A DNA stretch of 63,350 nt, filler included, from Octopus bimaculoides (lineage: Eukaryota): the NCBI RefSeq assembly GCF_001194135.2. It is 7 parts of 6 records of this genome, joined end to end, with 100 filler letters (N's around TTAATTAATTAA, not from the genome) between each part and the next. Parts side by side here need not be neighbours in the genome. Positions count along the whole stretch, not along the records: positions 24,150 to 35,306 come from NC_068983.1; positions 35,407 to 57,044 come from NC_068989.1; 5 more parts are not named here. One strand, given 5' to 3'. This document shows positions 24,150 to 36,479 of this stretch, in pieces. The position numbers were made by a program, and so were the translations under genes. Under the pieces are notes generated by a model that was not told the origin of the DNA, did no database searches, and saw nothing but the letters and a program-made list of their open reading frames with translations. Numbering within the stretch: position 1 is the stretch's first letter; every line of letters starts with the position of its first letter.

Positions 24150-24990
24150 CTTATGCTAAACCTAATAGACTCATATTTGATGGCTCTTTTTAGGGCGTAC
24201 CATCATTTGTTATTAATGATGGTACCTGTCAATGCCCTCTGTATTAACATCTTGATCCGCTTTCTGTATTCCTCAATCGTCAAAAGGGACGTACTGAGTT
24301 TCCAGTAGCTAGATCCCAGACTATGTAACTTATCTATTGTCAGTTTACAGATAACCATCTTGTGGTCACTGTAGCTGACTAGAAAAAACTGTGGACACTT
24401 AGCTATGGACTTATCTGTTTCTCTAATTAAAATCCTATCTAGATATGTTCTGGAAGACCAGTCATTATTTGACCACGTCCACCCCTAAGCCTGGGTTACA
24501 TTTTCTGTTCATGTTCGAGCCAACACAATCTGTGTGTGCGTCAAATATTGTGTTAAAGTCTCCTAATAATACTAGCGAATACGACGTGGCCAGGAACTTG
24601 CCCAGGTCACGAAAATATTCACTTTGCAAGCCTATAATGTTGGGTGCATAAATAGCGACTAGCCTGATTATCTTACCACAACTGAATGTCAGGTCAAGAA
24701 CGACCAACCTGCCTTCTGGATAAAAAAGAAACAACTTTTTCTCAGCTACGCGATTTCTTTTTAGTAGGACCAAAAGATTACCCCCACCACCCGCCCGACT
24801 CGGAGAAACGTATTTCTCATTGTCGTTCAGGAGAAGGAGCAGCTCTCTTGGCCCCTTTACCCGGGTTTCCGTTGCAACAATTACATCCAAATTTCTTGAC
24901 CTGATGTCACATATAGGAAGCGCCCTTGCTTCCAACTCGACTTCAGGTCACGGACATTTATACAACTAATGTGAATAGACGTGACTTACC
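24150..24990 (-). pseudogene. Tx1/L1-like LINE ORF2 N-terminus (APE endonuclease), frameshifted and cut by a gap
   Basis: ISCINVRD, LDVIVATETRV, GRLVVLDL, IRLVAIYAPN, LVLLGDFN, SDHKMV, YWKLSTSLL. Confidence 0.88.
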
Positions 24991-24992
24991 TT

Positions 24993-25973
24993 TTAGATCG
25001 GAGTGTCCTGTGGAGAGGGACTCTCCACCTTTTCTTGACTTAGGGTCGGAGGTGGCAAGCCTTCAAATATAGACTGATGAAAATCAAATCTCAATAATGA
25101 GACCGATTTTCTACACATGTTACACAAGATATTATATGTTTTTTTTTTGTCCACTTCGTAAAATTCATAGTTTTTATATTTTTCTGATAGTTCAATTAGC
25201 CTAGTGGCTGATTTTTTCGTTTTTGTATCACGCATTAAGTCCTCGTTTTTGCTATGAAGTGCAACTATTCCTCTGTCCGTCTCCCCCTCCGCCGTCCTCG
25301 GTCTGTCTCTCTTGACTGTCTTTTTAGGTCTCGGCTCACTCTGCTTTTGCTGGTTCGAGCGTTCCATTTTCCTTTTGTTGTCTATTTTTCCTTCAGTTTC
25401 TCTCTCTCTTTCTTCCTCCTCACCGTCCGATTCTTCTTCACCTTCTTTACAATATTTTTTGATATGACCCAGTTGGCCACACTGGAAACATCGGGGCTTA
25501 CGCCCCTCAACAAAAATATTCAGAACTTCCTCCCCTACTTCTACTATTTCTGGGAGCTGTTCTAAAATTTTCTGCTCTGCCTGCAATAGCAAGTTGAGCG
25601 TTTGTCCAGTCCAATATGTATTCTCTGTGACGGTAGCCTGCAGGAGGTTTATATTACCCTCCCTGTTTGCCAGGACTGCCGCCATCAAGCATATAGGGTT
25701 TACTCCGGGTGGAATTCTTGATGTTCTAACCTTAGATGTTCTCATTCCCATGTAAATTGTGACTAATATCGTGTCTTCCGATTTTAATGATTTTACAGAG
25801 TGTTGTTGTGCCGTATCTGTGTTCTTGTACTTCACCACGATGGTTCCAAACTTCTTCCCTTTGGCTAGGTAAGTAATGTCCTGCCAGATAGGTTTTAAAC
25901 ATTTTTCAATTTTCTGCTCACATATTTTGTCAATTTTTCGAGCTTTTAAGCAGAATGTCTTAAAAATAATCAT
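24993..25973 (-). CDS. Tx1/L1-like LINE ORF1 (326 aa, CCHC zinc knuckle)
   Basis: An uninterrupted ORF with CFQCGQLGHIKKYC, followed by a charged low-complexity tail and lying directly upstream of the APE ORF2. Confidence 0.8.
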   Translation of the reverse strand: MIIFKTFCLKARKIDKICEQKIEKCLKPIWQDITYLAKGKKFGTIVVKYKNTDTAQQHSVKSLKSEDTILVTIYMGMRTSKVRTSRIPPGVNPICLMAAVLANREGNINLLQATVTENTYWTGQTLNLLLQAEQKILEQLPEIVEVGEEVLNIFVEGRKPRCFQCGQLGHIKKYCKEGEEESDGEEEERERETEGKIDNKRKMERSNQQKQSEPRPKKTVKRDRPRTAEGETDRGIVALHSKNEDLMRDTKTKKSATRLIELSEKYKNYEFYEVDKKKTYNILCNMCRKSVSLLRFDFHQSIFEGLPPPTLSQEKVESPSPQDTPI

Positions 25974-26254
25974 TTTATTTTTTTCTGCCGTTAATTATTC
26001 TTCTGGTATTTCCACTTTTACCACTCCCTCTCGTACCGTTATCATTTCCTTGTATTTTAATAATTCTTTTTTGTCAGTTGACAGCTGTCGCGTTCCATTA
26101 CCAACTGCTGACGCAAAACTTTTTCTTTCTTCATTTTGAATGGTCTTTGCTTCTNNNNNNNNNNNNNNNNNNNNNNNNNNNNNNNNNNNNNNNNNNNNNN
26201 NNNNNNNNNNNNNNNNNNNNNNNNNNNNNNNNNNNNNNNNNNNNNNNNNNNNNN

Positions 26255-26432
26255 GTCATGCGCTGTTTATCTTGATATGAGATCACCATGTCACGCACAT
26301 ATGACTGTGGTGCATATGTCCGGTGTATCCTTATCCGACGGGTGGTCATGATGGGTATATATTGTTTAGTATATTTCACCCCAGTGTCACTTTGAAGGCA
26401 TGCGCTGTTATCGCACTCAATAATAATAATGA
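26255..26432 (+). mobile_element. Repeat family E, 3' end with (TAA)n tail
   Basis: Reverse complement of about 40236-40400. It ends in CACTCAATAATAATAAT. Confidence 0.8.
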
Positions 26433-27419
26433 TGATTTCTATATGAACCGCGTAGGGATTGCATGAAGAAAGACATTAAGAGTGGTACAAAATCACAAGA
26501 CGATACAGTGTGGGTTTTAGCATGTAAAAAGTCATATGACGAAATATGAAAACAAATTCAAAGCAAATTCCTCAATAGGGGAAATTTCCGACAGTCACAC
26601 ATAGAGAATTCAACAAACGTATGAATTTCAGTGCATAGAACACAAATTCGCAAAAACTTTCTGAAAATTTCAAAATATAAAAGCCGTAACCACCTGCTAC
26701 CTTCATTTCTACTCTTTGTTGTATTTTTTTTAAAATCGGAATTTAAAATATGGACAGTCGGAATTTTTAGCTCAGATCCTACCCTTGAGTACATCATCAT
26801 TCCACTAAATGTATTTATGGAGAGAAAAATATTGAAAAATATTAACACATGTCAATGACAAAGACACGAAAAAGGTTTCAGGTGGTCGTGAGATGAACTA
26901 AAGTGACAGCTAAATCGCCCAAAACATAAAAAAAGTTATAAGCAAACTGATTTAAATGATGAGGAATAACACGAATACTATATTTATAAGTAATAGAGTA
27001 AAATAATTGTAAATTTTTTTTCTTAGAACATATATTAAAATACCAGTAATAGAAGATATGAAAACTTTCTGACCTTTACCATAAAAAACTAACTCAGAGA
27101 TCAGTCTTGCGAAAATATGTTGAAATCAACTTCTTGCTAAGAACTGAGATATTTCTTGTGTGAATTCTCTCTTTCCCTCTCTCTCTTTCTCATTCTTTCT
27201 CTCTCCCTTTCTCCCTACACACACACACCTACGCATATATATGAATATGTATGCATTCATAGAAATACATATAGCCATACATATAACGTATACATATACA
27301 CACGTGTATATGTGTGTATGTCTATGTGCATAGATAGTTAGACAAATAGATAAATGTATACAAACGTGCACACAAAAACACACACATATTTATATATGTA
27401 TATATATATATGTCTGACT

Positions 27420-28490
27420 GTCTGTTATGTGATATTGCTTCTTGGGCCCCGTGATGGTGGTAATGTTGTTGATGTAGGGGCATGTGTTAATTCCTCGGTG
27501 AGAACATTTAAAGGTTCCTGGTTCTGTGGAGCTAGGAGCTGTGGAGCTAGGAGCTGTGAAGCTTCTAACAAGGAGATTTTTAAGGCTCCTATCTTTTTCA
27601 AAAGACAGGAGAGGCGGTGTGGGAAAGATAGTGGTGGTTGTTGGGCCAGAAAGAAGAATACGAAAGTTGCGGGTGTGTTTGTATTTTAGAGGGAGGATGG
27701 ACGGNNNNNNNNNNAATCCGAATCGATGCTGCAAAGTCGTCGAAAGCGAAGAAATTGAGACGAAGGTATGGTAGATTTAATGTGTTTGGGGTGAGAGGAA
27801 GAGCAGTGGACGTAGGAGTGGGAGTCAGTAGATTCATCGCAGACAGAGGCGGAGAGGTGGGTATTGTGTACTGTGACGGAGATGTCCAGAAAGCAAACAG
27901 AAGTATCAGATATTGTGTGGGTGAATTCCATGGCTAGGTGAAAGGTGCTAACGAAAGAAATAAAATCGTTGAGCTGTTGTCTGTTAAGGCTTGTGATGCC
28001 AATACAGTCATCGATGTAGTAAACATACAGCTTTGGGATGGGTCCAGAGAAGTGAGCAAAGATTTGCTCCTCTACATAACCTGCAAAGAGTTTGGCATAA
28101 TCGGGGCTTATCCTGGTGCCCATAGCAACACCGGTAAAATGCTTATAGAATTCACCAGAGAAGGGAAAACAATTGAGTGTTAAGACGGAGGAGTGTAGTA
28201 GTGCTGGGTTCAGGTACAGAACGACAGTCTAAGAACCTGTTTCAGTGCAAGTAGACCGTCGTTGTAAAGGATGACTGTGTACAAAGATTTAATGTCCATG
28301 GTGAAAAGGAGTTTGGATTCACCAGGTGGGAAAGAGAATGCATTGAAGAGTTGTAGTGCATAGTTAGTGTCTTTGAGATGCGAAGGTAGGGCAGAGATGA
28401 GAAGGGATAAAAGTTTGTTGAGATAGGAAGATAAAAATGTTGTGAAGCAAGTGAAAGCAGAGACAATAGAGCGGCCTATCTTTGATTTAT
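27420..28490 (-). mobile_element. Penelope-like element (Neptune-type) RT core and linker, truncated at both ends
   Basis: Motifs GRSIVS, MGT..SP.YA.LF.GY.E, YYIDDC, CFLDISV, SSSHP.H.K..IP.SQFLR.RRLCS, PPLLSF..DRSLKNLLVRS, PGTFKC..TCP.I..ITGPK. Confidence 0.88.
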
Positions 28491-29814
28491 GTTTGTAGTA
28501 CTATGGGCTTCAGTAAATATTCTCTGGGGAACAGTGAACCGTGTTCTTTGAGACCAATGCCAAGTATGTGTGTGTGTGTGTGAGAGAGAGTGCGTGCGCG
28601 CGCGTGTGTCTGGGTGTTTTGCGTTCTTGTCCCATTTTGTATTTTTTTTATATATACATACATATATACATATACTGTGATTACTTTGGGTACCACTGAC
28701 CAGCTATGCCTACCCTGTTCTTCGAGACCAAAGCCAAGTGTGTGTGTGTGTGTGTGTGTGTACATTTTCTTATAATTTTATTGCTGCTATTGTTGTTGAC
28801 GTTACTTCTTCTCAGGATTATTTCTTTCATCTTTCTAGGGAATCACCAAGGGAATTTTAGGACCAGCTTCACATATATATGTTTTGTTTTTTTATATATT
28901 TTTTCTTTAGTATTGTTTTGAAAAGTAAAGTAGTATTCTTAGTCTCATTGCACCATTGTACAGGGTCCGCATTGCAAACTACTGGTCTAAAGCACAATTT
29001 TTCATGGCCCCTAAAAAATTATCGTGGGCTCCAATTTTCTGCATTTTATCTGTGGACCTTCAGAAATTTTGTATGGACCCCTGTTTGGAATCCCTGATGT
29101 AAACTATACTGACCAATTTTTATTCCCAACTACGTAACCTATACTGACCAAATTTTATTCCTAAAGATGATGAAATGGTACAAAATGAGAGAAAATAACA
29201 ATTAATCAGAAATTATTCATTTTTCTGATTGGTAACACAGTTACTAATTTTGCCCCACTTCCATATAGTAATTCCAAGTGTTTGACAGAATGACGAAAAA
29301 TATAAGAAAAAATAAGAAAGAGAAAGTTTTGTTTAATGAAACATTTGAATATATTATGCAATAATTCGAAAGCTGGAAAACAAAGCTTTCAGCTGTTGAG
29401 AGATGTAATTTTATAATTAAAACTAAATTCAAATGTTTTCTTTACTTACCTGCTTCATAAAATAAGACCAGTTTTCAAAGCCTCATTGAAATAAACTAAG
29501 AAGTAGAAGTGTGTGTGTGCGTGTGTGTGTGTGTGTGTGTGTGNNNNNNNNNNNNNNNNNNNNNNNNNNNNNNNNNNNNNNNNNNNNNNNNNNNNNNNNN
29601 NNNNNNNNNNNNNNNNNNNNNNNNNNNNNNNNNNNNNNNNNNNNNNNNNNNGCTCAGTCATGCGTTGAAAGAAAGAATTTTGCCTGGAGAAAATAACATT
29701 TTTCTATCAATCTCTTTATCTTTATATACATTCATACGTTTACGCACACACAAACACACATACATTTACAGATACATGCATACAGATAGTCAGACAGACA
29801 GACAGACAGACATG

Positions 29815-30625
29815 ATGACAGTAACATCGCTCATCAAAGCAGTTGATCATGGACGAATAGCCGGATTATTACTTTCACTTTGAAGGGTATGCGTTTGCAA
29901 TCCAGGAACAGTTCAAGTACCTGATGCACAAAAGGGATAGAGATGCGGGAAAAGCCGTAAAACGTGACAACCGATGCAGTCTTTGTGGATTTAACACTGA
30001 AAATATCACCCACATCATAAGCAGTTGTCTGAAAATGTCATCATGGTATTATCTACCGATGAGACATGACGTTGTTGCTAGGACACTCTATAACAAAATC
30101 CGTTGGAAAGATGATCTCGAGGACAAAGAAATATAAACCCACAATATGGTAGAAGCCATAGCCACTCATAATGAAAAGGGATACTGGTGGAATGTACCAG
30201 TAAAGGCCTCAATAAAATGTAAGCACAACAGATCTGATATAATGATTTGGGATAGAGAAGAGAAACTGTGCACAGTTGTAGAAATTAGTTGCCCAGCGGA
30301 TGTTAACATAAAGTGAAAAAGAGAACACCTACGCTGAACTATTAAAAAAATCTACAGTTACTCTATCCAGATTACAAGTTCAGGTTTATACCTGTAATTA
30401 TTGGGGCCCTGGGATATGTAACACATTGCTTAAATACCAGTCTTGAGAAATTAGGCTTCTCAGCACCAAAAAGGAGAAAGCTAATTCGAAAGCTACAAGT
30501 CCAATCCATCACTGGAACTATAAAAATCTGTAAAACTTTCCAGAAGTTTATCATTTAAATATATATGAGCATGTCTAAATATGTAACTCGATGCATGAGA
30601 ATGCATGCATAGATCATACAAATCT
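29815..30625 (+). mobile_element. R4/Dong-type LINE 3' fragment (CCHC plus REL endonuclease)
   Basis: CSLCGFNTENITHIISSC, RHDVVARTLY, HNRSDIMIWD..EISCPAD, FIPVIIGALG, ending ..CKTFQKFII*. Confidence 0.82.
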
Positions 30626-31184
30626 GCACCGGAAGTGCCGCAGTGGACATGCGGCATTCAGTGAAGCACGCGGGTCAGTCGGCGGCGAACAGCACATCAG
30701 AGCGGACGTGTGAGACGGTAGAGCAACTTTATGCTTTGGGAGAACCGAATTGAAACATGTCTCATAGCCGGTCGCCAACACTTTTTTCTGCAAAACAGGG
30801 GTAACTTATCCTGTTCAGGCTATATTATTAGCATTAACCTGCGTTTGAGAATTTAAAATCACTTCTTTAACTTTCTAAGACATCTCAACGCTTCTAAAAC
30901 TTCGTTTGTTTGTTTATGTTCATCGTAATTTGAATTTATACATACATACTTACATACATACAAACATACATACATACATGCGTACATACATACATACATA
31001 CATACATACATACCATACATACAAAAATACCCTATTGTTGATGTTGAAATTCCAATGTAGGAACCTTGGATCTTGGTTAGAACCGGTTCTTTATTGGCAA
31101 GAACTCTTGAAATAAGCTGAATAATGACATACATACATTTTCAGTGGTGTTCTGTTGTTTCTTTTTTGCTGTCCGTTGGTAATT

Positions 31185-31463
31185 GTATTATTTCTTTACT
31201 ACCCACAAGGGGTTATACACAGAGGGGACAAACAAAGACAGACAAACGGATTAAGTCGATTATATCGACCCCAGTGCGTGACTGGTACTTATTTAATCGA
31301 CCCCGAAAGGATGAAAGGCAAAGTCGACCTCGGCGGAATTTGAACTCAGAACGTCACAGCAGACGAAATACCTATTTCGTTATTGCCCACAAGGGACTAC
31401 ACGGCAGACGAAATACCGCTAAGCCTTTCGCCCGACGTGCTACGATTCTGCCAGCTCGCCGCC
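31185..31463 (-). mobile_element. SINE family C with an internal tail-derived insert
   Basis: Family C body. CAGACGAAATACC is duplicated around an inserted TATTTCGTTATTGCCCACAAGGG segment that copies the element's own tail. Confidence 0.85.
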
Positions 31464-31717
31464 CTATCCGTTGGGAATTGTATAAAGTGCTTTTTAACTG
31501 AATTATTTGGCGTCGCTAACGTGGCAAAATCTATTTCTATTTATCATAAAGGAGAATCCATTACATTTTTTAAGAAGTCAAGATACCTTTGCATACCTGA
31601 TTGCTGGGAGGTGGGGAGGGCTTTCTTGTATTGAAAGCTACATACCCTACGTACAAGGGTTCTCCAATAAATAGATGCCCGGGGCAAATGCTCCCTCTAT
31701 CCCCTATAAATCTGGCC

Positions 31718-31755
<38 letters not shown>

Positions 31756-31837
31756 CCACCCACACACACATATATATGTATATATAGTTATATGTTTGTT
31801 TGTATGCGTGCATGTGTGCGTGTGTATAATACATCAA

Positions 31838-31888
31838 TAACAGGCTTCTTTCAGTTCCAGTCAAACAAGTCTACTCACAAGGCTTTGG
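31838..31888 (-). mobile_element. SINE family A fragment
   Basis: CAGGCTTCTTTCAGTTCCAGTC..ACTCACAAGGCTTTGG matches 9-57. Confidence 0.65.
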
Positions 31889-32439
31889 GAAAACCGAATT
31901 GAAACATGAATGTTGAGGCCAATTAGTGTAGAGAAAATCGGAATCAATGTACAGAGACTTTGAAGACACAAAAAAAAGGAACGAACACATTATTGCCTCA
32001 TCAGGGACGAATGAGTAAGATGACTGGAGTTAGCCGTGATGTAAATATTGACCGAAATATAAAATATTACAAGGTCTTTTGCTAAATATGGTGTGGTGTT
32101 ATGAGCCAGGCTGTGTTGTAGGGAAGGATAGGACGTGAAGGAGTAGGCATGTCCTGTCGGAAGTGGGGCCTGTGGATCCCACCGGAAGTGCCGCAGTGGA
32201 CATGTGGCATTCAGTGAAGCACGAGGGTCAATCGGCGGCGAACAGCACATCAGAGCGGACATGTGAGACGGTAGAGCAACGGATAGCGGACGTGGAGTGA
32301 ACCTTGGAGATCGTGAGAGCACGTGTATGTTGAAAGTGACCCTTTCTCCGGACCGACAGGTAAGACTACCGTAATTCTCTCCTCGCTTCTGTCTTTCTAA
32401 AGAATTTTCGTAGTCTACATGGGAGGCTGAGGGAACCAC

Positions 32440-33930
32440 TTCAGGAGTGCCTTAATGAAGGAATAATACCAGATTGGATGACTAGAGGGAGAAAACAGTA
32501 CATTTTATGAAAGACAAAAGCAACAGTAATACATTAAAGACCGATCACTTTCTTACTATTAGTGTGGAAACTGTTAACAGGAATGCTTTCAGAAAGCATT
32601 TACGAGCTCTTTGACAGCCAGTATTCACTGCCAGAAGAACAGAAAGGTTGCAGAAAAAAGGCTAGAGAAACTCATGATACATAGACAAAGCAGTTCTAAA
32701 TGAAATGAAAGCTAGACGGAAAATCTAACAATAGCATGGATAGATTATAAGGAAGCCTATGACATGATACCACGCTCATGGATAAGTGAATGTTTGAGTG
32801 TATTTAGTATAGTAGACAACATAAGAGAATAAATTAGCTTTAGCCTGAAGAAATGGAAAGTAGATGTCTACTCAGGTGGCACAATGTTAGGGAAAGTTAA
32901 TATTAAAAGAGGAATTTACCAAGGGTCTCGTTGTCCCCTTTAATATTTGTCTTGTATCTGATCCACCTCAGTTTAGTTTTAATGATCTGAAGCTTTTAAG
33001 GTGGAGTACTTGCGCAGACTTAGGCTGATCCTTAAGTCGAAATTAAACGGACGGAATAAGATTGAAGCGATGAACACCTGGAAGGTTTCACTCCTTAGAT
33101 ATGGAGCGGGGGTAATCACATGGACAGTAGACGAACTAAACAGCTTAGACAGAAAGACAAGGAAGTTGCTGACTAGATATGAGATACTCCACCTAAAAAG
33201 TGACAAAGACAGATTATGTGCCAAGAAAAAGAGGGGAACAGGACAACATAGCATGGTATGTAAAAACTGCCACAGCCGCTATTACTGGAAGTAAGAAGGT
33301 CAGTCTTGTGTAGGATGGAAGATTGCAAAGATAAAGCCCTGTACAAGCACTTGAGAATGAATGAAACTGAAAATAAGTGTATAAAGAAAAGAATACATGA
33401 ACAATTTCATCGGGACGTTGAAGATAAGGCAGACAGAGAAAAATTGGTTCGACCACAAACCCGAAGGCATCAACGAAAATGATAATGCAAATATCCTGTG
33501 GGATTTTATGATTCAGTGCGACCATGAGATAGTGAATAGGAAACCAGACATAGTCTTAATTGAGAAAGAAAGCAAATTATACTGGATCATAGATATAGTA
33601 TGCCCAGCTGACAACAATGTATGCGATAAGTAAGTTGATAGATATGACAGGTTAGCTTGGGAGGTTAAGCAGTTGTGATCGCTGAAAAGGTGGTAGTAGT
33701 ACCAATAATTGTTGGAACCCTGGGAACAGTGAGCAAAAATCTTGAGAAGTACATGGAACAAATAGGAGCTGCAATAAGAGTGGAGCACTTGCAGAAAACG
33801 GCACTGCTTGGAACCGCTCGAATGCCCTGGATGGTGCGCGAGAAATAAGGGGTGTTACCTTAGTTCACTGGTACTGAACAGCTGATACTATAATACATCT
33901 CCAACATTAGAAGCTGTGCAAAGACGATAA
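32440..33930 (+). mobile_element. R4/Dong-type LINE with internal deletions (RT to REL endonuclease), ending in (TAA)n
   Basis: PDWMTRGR, PEEQKGCRK, AWIDYKEAYDMIP.SWI.ECL, LDRKTRKLL, ILWDF.IQCDHEIVNRKPDIV, LQKTALLGTAR. Confidence 0.88.

Positions 33931-34024
<94 letters not shown>
33931..34024. repeat. (TAA)n tract between two LINE copies
   Basis: About 30 perfect units. Confidence 0.95.
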
Positions 34025-34028
<4 letters not shown>

Positions 34029-34795
34029 GAAACATAACAAGTAACTGTAGAATATGTGGAGATGGACAAGAAACAATAAATCATATTATCTCTGGCTGCC
34101 CAGTCCTGGCTAAGAAGGAATATATTCACAGACACGACAGAGCTGGGACCTATNNNNNNNNNNNNNNNNNNNNNNNNNNNNNNNNNNNNNNNNNNNNNNN
34201 NNNNNNNNNNNNNNNNNNNNNNNNNNNNNNNNNNNNNNNNNNNNNNNNNNNNNNNNNNNNNNNNNNNNNNNNNNNNNNNNNNNNNNNNNNNNNNNNNNNN
34301 NNNNNNNNNNNNNNNNNNNNNNNNNNNNNNNNNNNNNNNNNNNNNNNNNNNNNNNNNNNNNNNNNNNNNNNNNNNNNNNNNNNNNNNNNNNNNNNNNNNN
34401 NNNNNNNNNNNNNNNNNNNNNNNNNNNNNNNNNNNNNNCGTTTCCCTAAAAGAAATGGAAAAACTTTCAAAATACAAAGACCTGGAAATAGAGGTAACTC
34501 GAATGTGGAATCTAAAAACAGAAACAATTCCTATCATAGTAGGTGCCTTAGGTATACTAAAAAAAATATTCAGACAAATACATAACAAAAACACCAGGAC
34601 TTACAAATATATATAACATACAGAAAATTGCACTACTGGGCACTGCACACATCCTACGCAAAACACTTTCAATACAGTAACCATAAGAGCATCACAGCAA
34701 ACCACAGCACATACCCAAGGCGCACAGAGCTGCGCTCGGTAGTGAAATGAAAGCACGTTATAAAAATAAAAGTACTGAACAATAATAATAATAAT
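34024..34795 (+). mobile_element. R4/Dong-type LINE 3' fragment flanked by (TAA)n
   Basis: CRICGDGQETINHIISGCPVL..HRHDR, a gap, then SLKEMEKLSKYKDLEIEVTRMWNLKTETIPIIVGALG..IQKIALLGTAHILRKTLSIQ*. The 3' UTR is shared with 42500-42610. Confidence 0.9.
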
Positions 34796-34799
34796 AACA

Positions 34800-34995
34800 A
34801 CCCTTTCTGTTATAGACACAAGCCTTGAAATTTATGAGATAGATGCTTGCCAATTTCCCCGATCCTAGGGTGTAACTGATGCTTATTTCATCTATCCCAG
34901 AAGAATGGCATTGTCGATTTTAGGGGAATTTGAACTCTGAACGTAAAGATTCTAAGCATTTTGTCGGACATGCTAACGATTTTGCCAGTTTGCTT
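34800..34995 (-). mobile_element. SINE family C, decayed
   Basis: CCCTTTCTGTTATAGACACAAGCC...GAATTTGAACTCTGAACGTAAAG..CTAAGCATTTTGTCGGACATGCTAACGATT. Confidence 0.7.
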
Positions 34996-35089
34996 AATTG
35001 CACACACACATACGCATGCGCGTACACACACACACACGCACACACACACACATACACACACACACACATACGCATGCGCGTACACACAC

Positions 35090-35127
<38 letters not shown>

Positions 35128-35439
35128 ACAACTACATGTAGTGTAATATAATACATATATAATACATGAATAATATTACAATATATTATAATATATATAT
35201 AATATAAAAATAATATTAGTGTATAACACATGATATACAAATGCACGAGTGCGATATTTTTCAGAGGTAAAACTATTGGAAATTTAGACGAAAGATACCG
35301 AATAGTNNNNNNNNNNNNNNNNNNNNNNNNNNNNNNNNNNNNNNNNNNNNTTAATTAATTAANNNNNNNNNNNNNNNNNNNNNNNNNNNNNNNNNNNNNN
35401 NNNNNNTTCATATCAGGGATCTTACAACACAAATTCATA

Positions 35440-35501
<62 letters not shown>

Positions 35502-35609
35502 CGCGTGTGTGTGAGCGTGTATGTATATCCGACATATTTATATAAGTATGTATTTGTATATGTATGTATCGTATATGTGTATGTATGTATGTATATCTAT
35601 CTGTCTCTC

Positions 35610-35745
<136 letters not shown>

Positions 35746-36084
35746 TATAGACTCTGTGTGTGTGCATGTGTGTGTATGCGTATGTGTGTGTGTGCTATAT
35801 ATCGTTAGACAGATAGACAGACGGTCAAACAGGTAAGTAGATGGGTGGCTAGATAAAGTAATAACTATGTTTGATCCGTGTGTTTGCTAAGCCTTTCAGA
35901 TGACCTCGTTTTGCCATATTATCGAAGACAGCTAATATTAATACAAATATCGTTGATGTATCTCTTTAAGGGAATCTCTTATTGGTGACTTGCAACTACT
36001 CAACCTCTCAACCTTTTGACTCTTGTACAACCATTGAAAGCTGTTCTTCTTGAACACTTTGGATAATAACTGTTTCTAACAGGG

Positions 36085-36400
36085 GCACTTAACCAGAAAT
36101 CTTTGAGAAAAATCTTATATTTCACGCCAGTACATGACTGGTATCTATTTTACTGACTTTGAAAGGATGAAAGACTAAGTTGGCCTGGACGGATTTGAAC
36201 TCAGAACGTAAAAAGCCAACAGAAATGCCGGTAAGCATTCTGCCCGACGCTTTAGCAATTTTGTCAGCTCACCGCCTTTGATTTCAAATTTTGGCACAAG
36301 GTCAGCAATGTAGTACTTTTACTTACATATTTTATCGACCTCCAAATGTAAAGAGATTTCACCTCAGAATGTAAAGAACTGTAAAAAAACTACTGCAAGG
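36085..36400 (-). mobile_element. Two tandem decayed SINE family C copies
   Basis: GAAAGGATGAAAG..GATTTGAACTCAGAACGTAAA at 36160-36212, and a second tail/body starting at GATTTCAAATTTTGGCACAAGG (36280). Confidence 0.65.
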
Positions 36401-36479
36401 TATTTTGTCAAGATCTTTATCGATGCTATTGATCTACGCAGATCATCATCTGAAACATGTCTGCCTTGACAAAAAAAAA

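Noticed and set aside
33931-34024. Regularly spaced repeats that might suggest a CRISPR array or a prokaryotic system
   Set aside because: All repeats are eukaryotic microsatellites or SINE/LINE copies. There is no repeat-spacer array, operon structure or cas-like ORF in the window.
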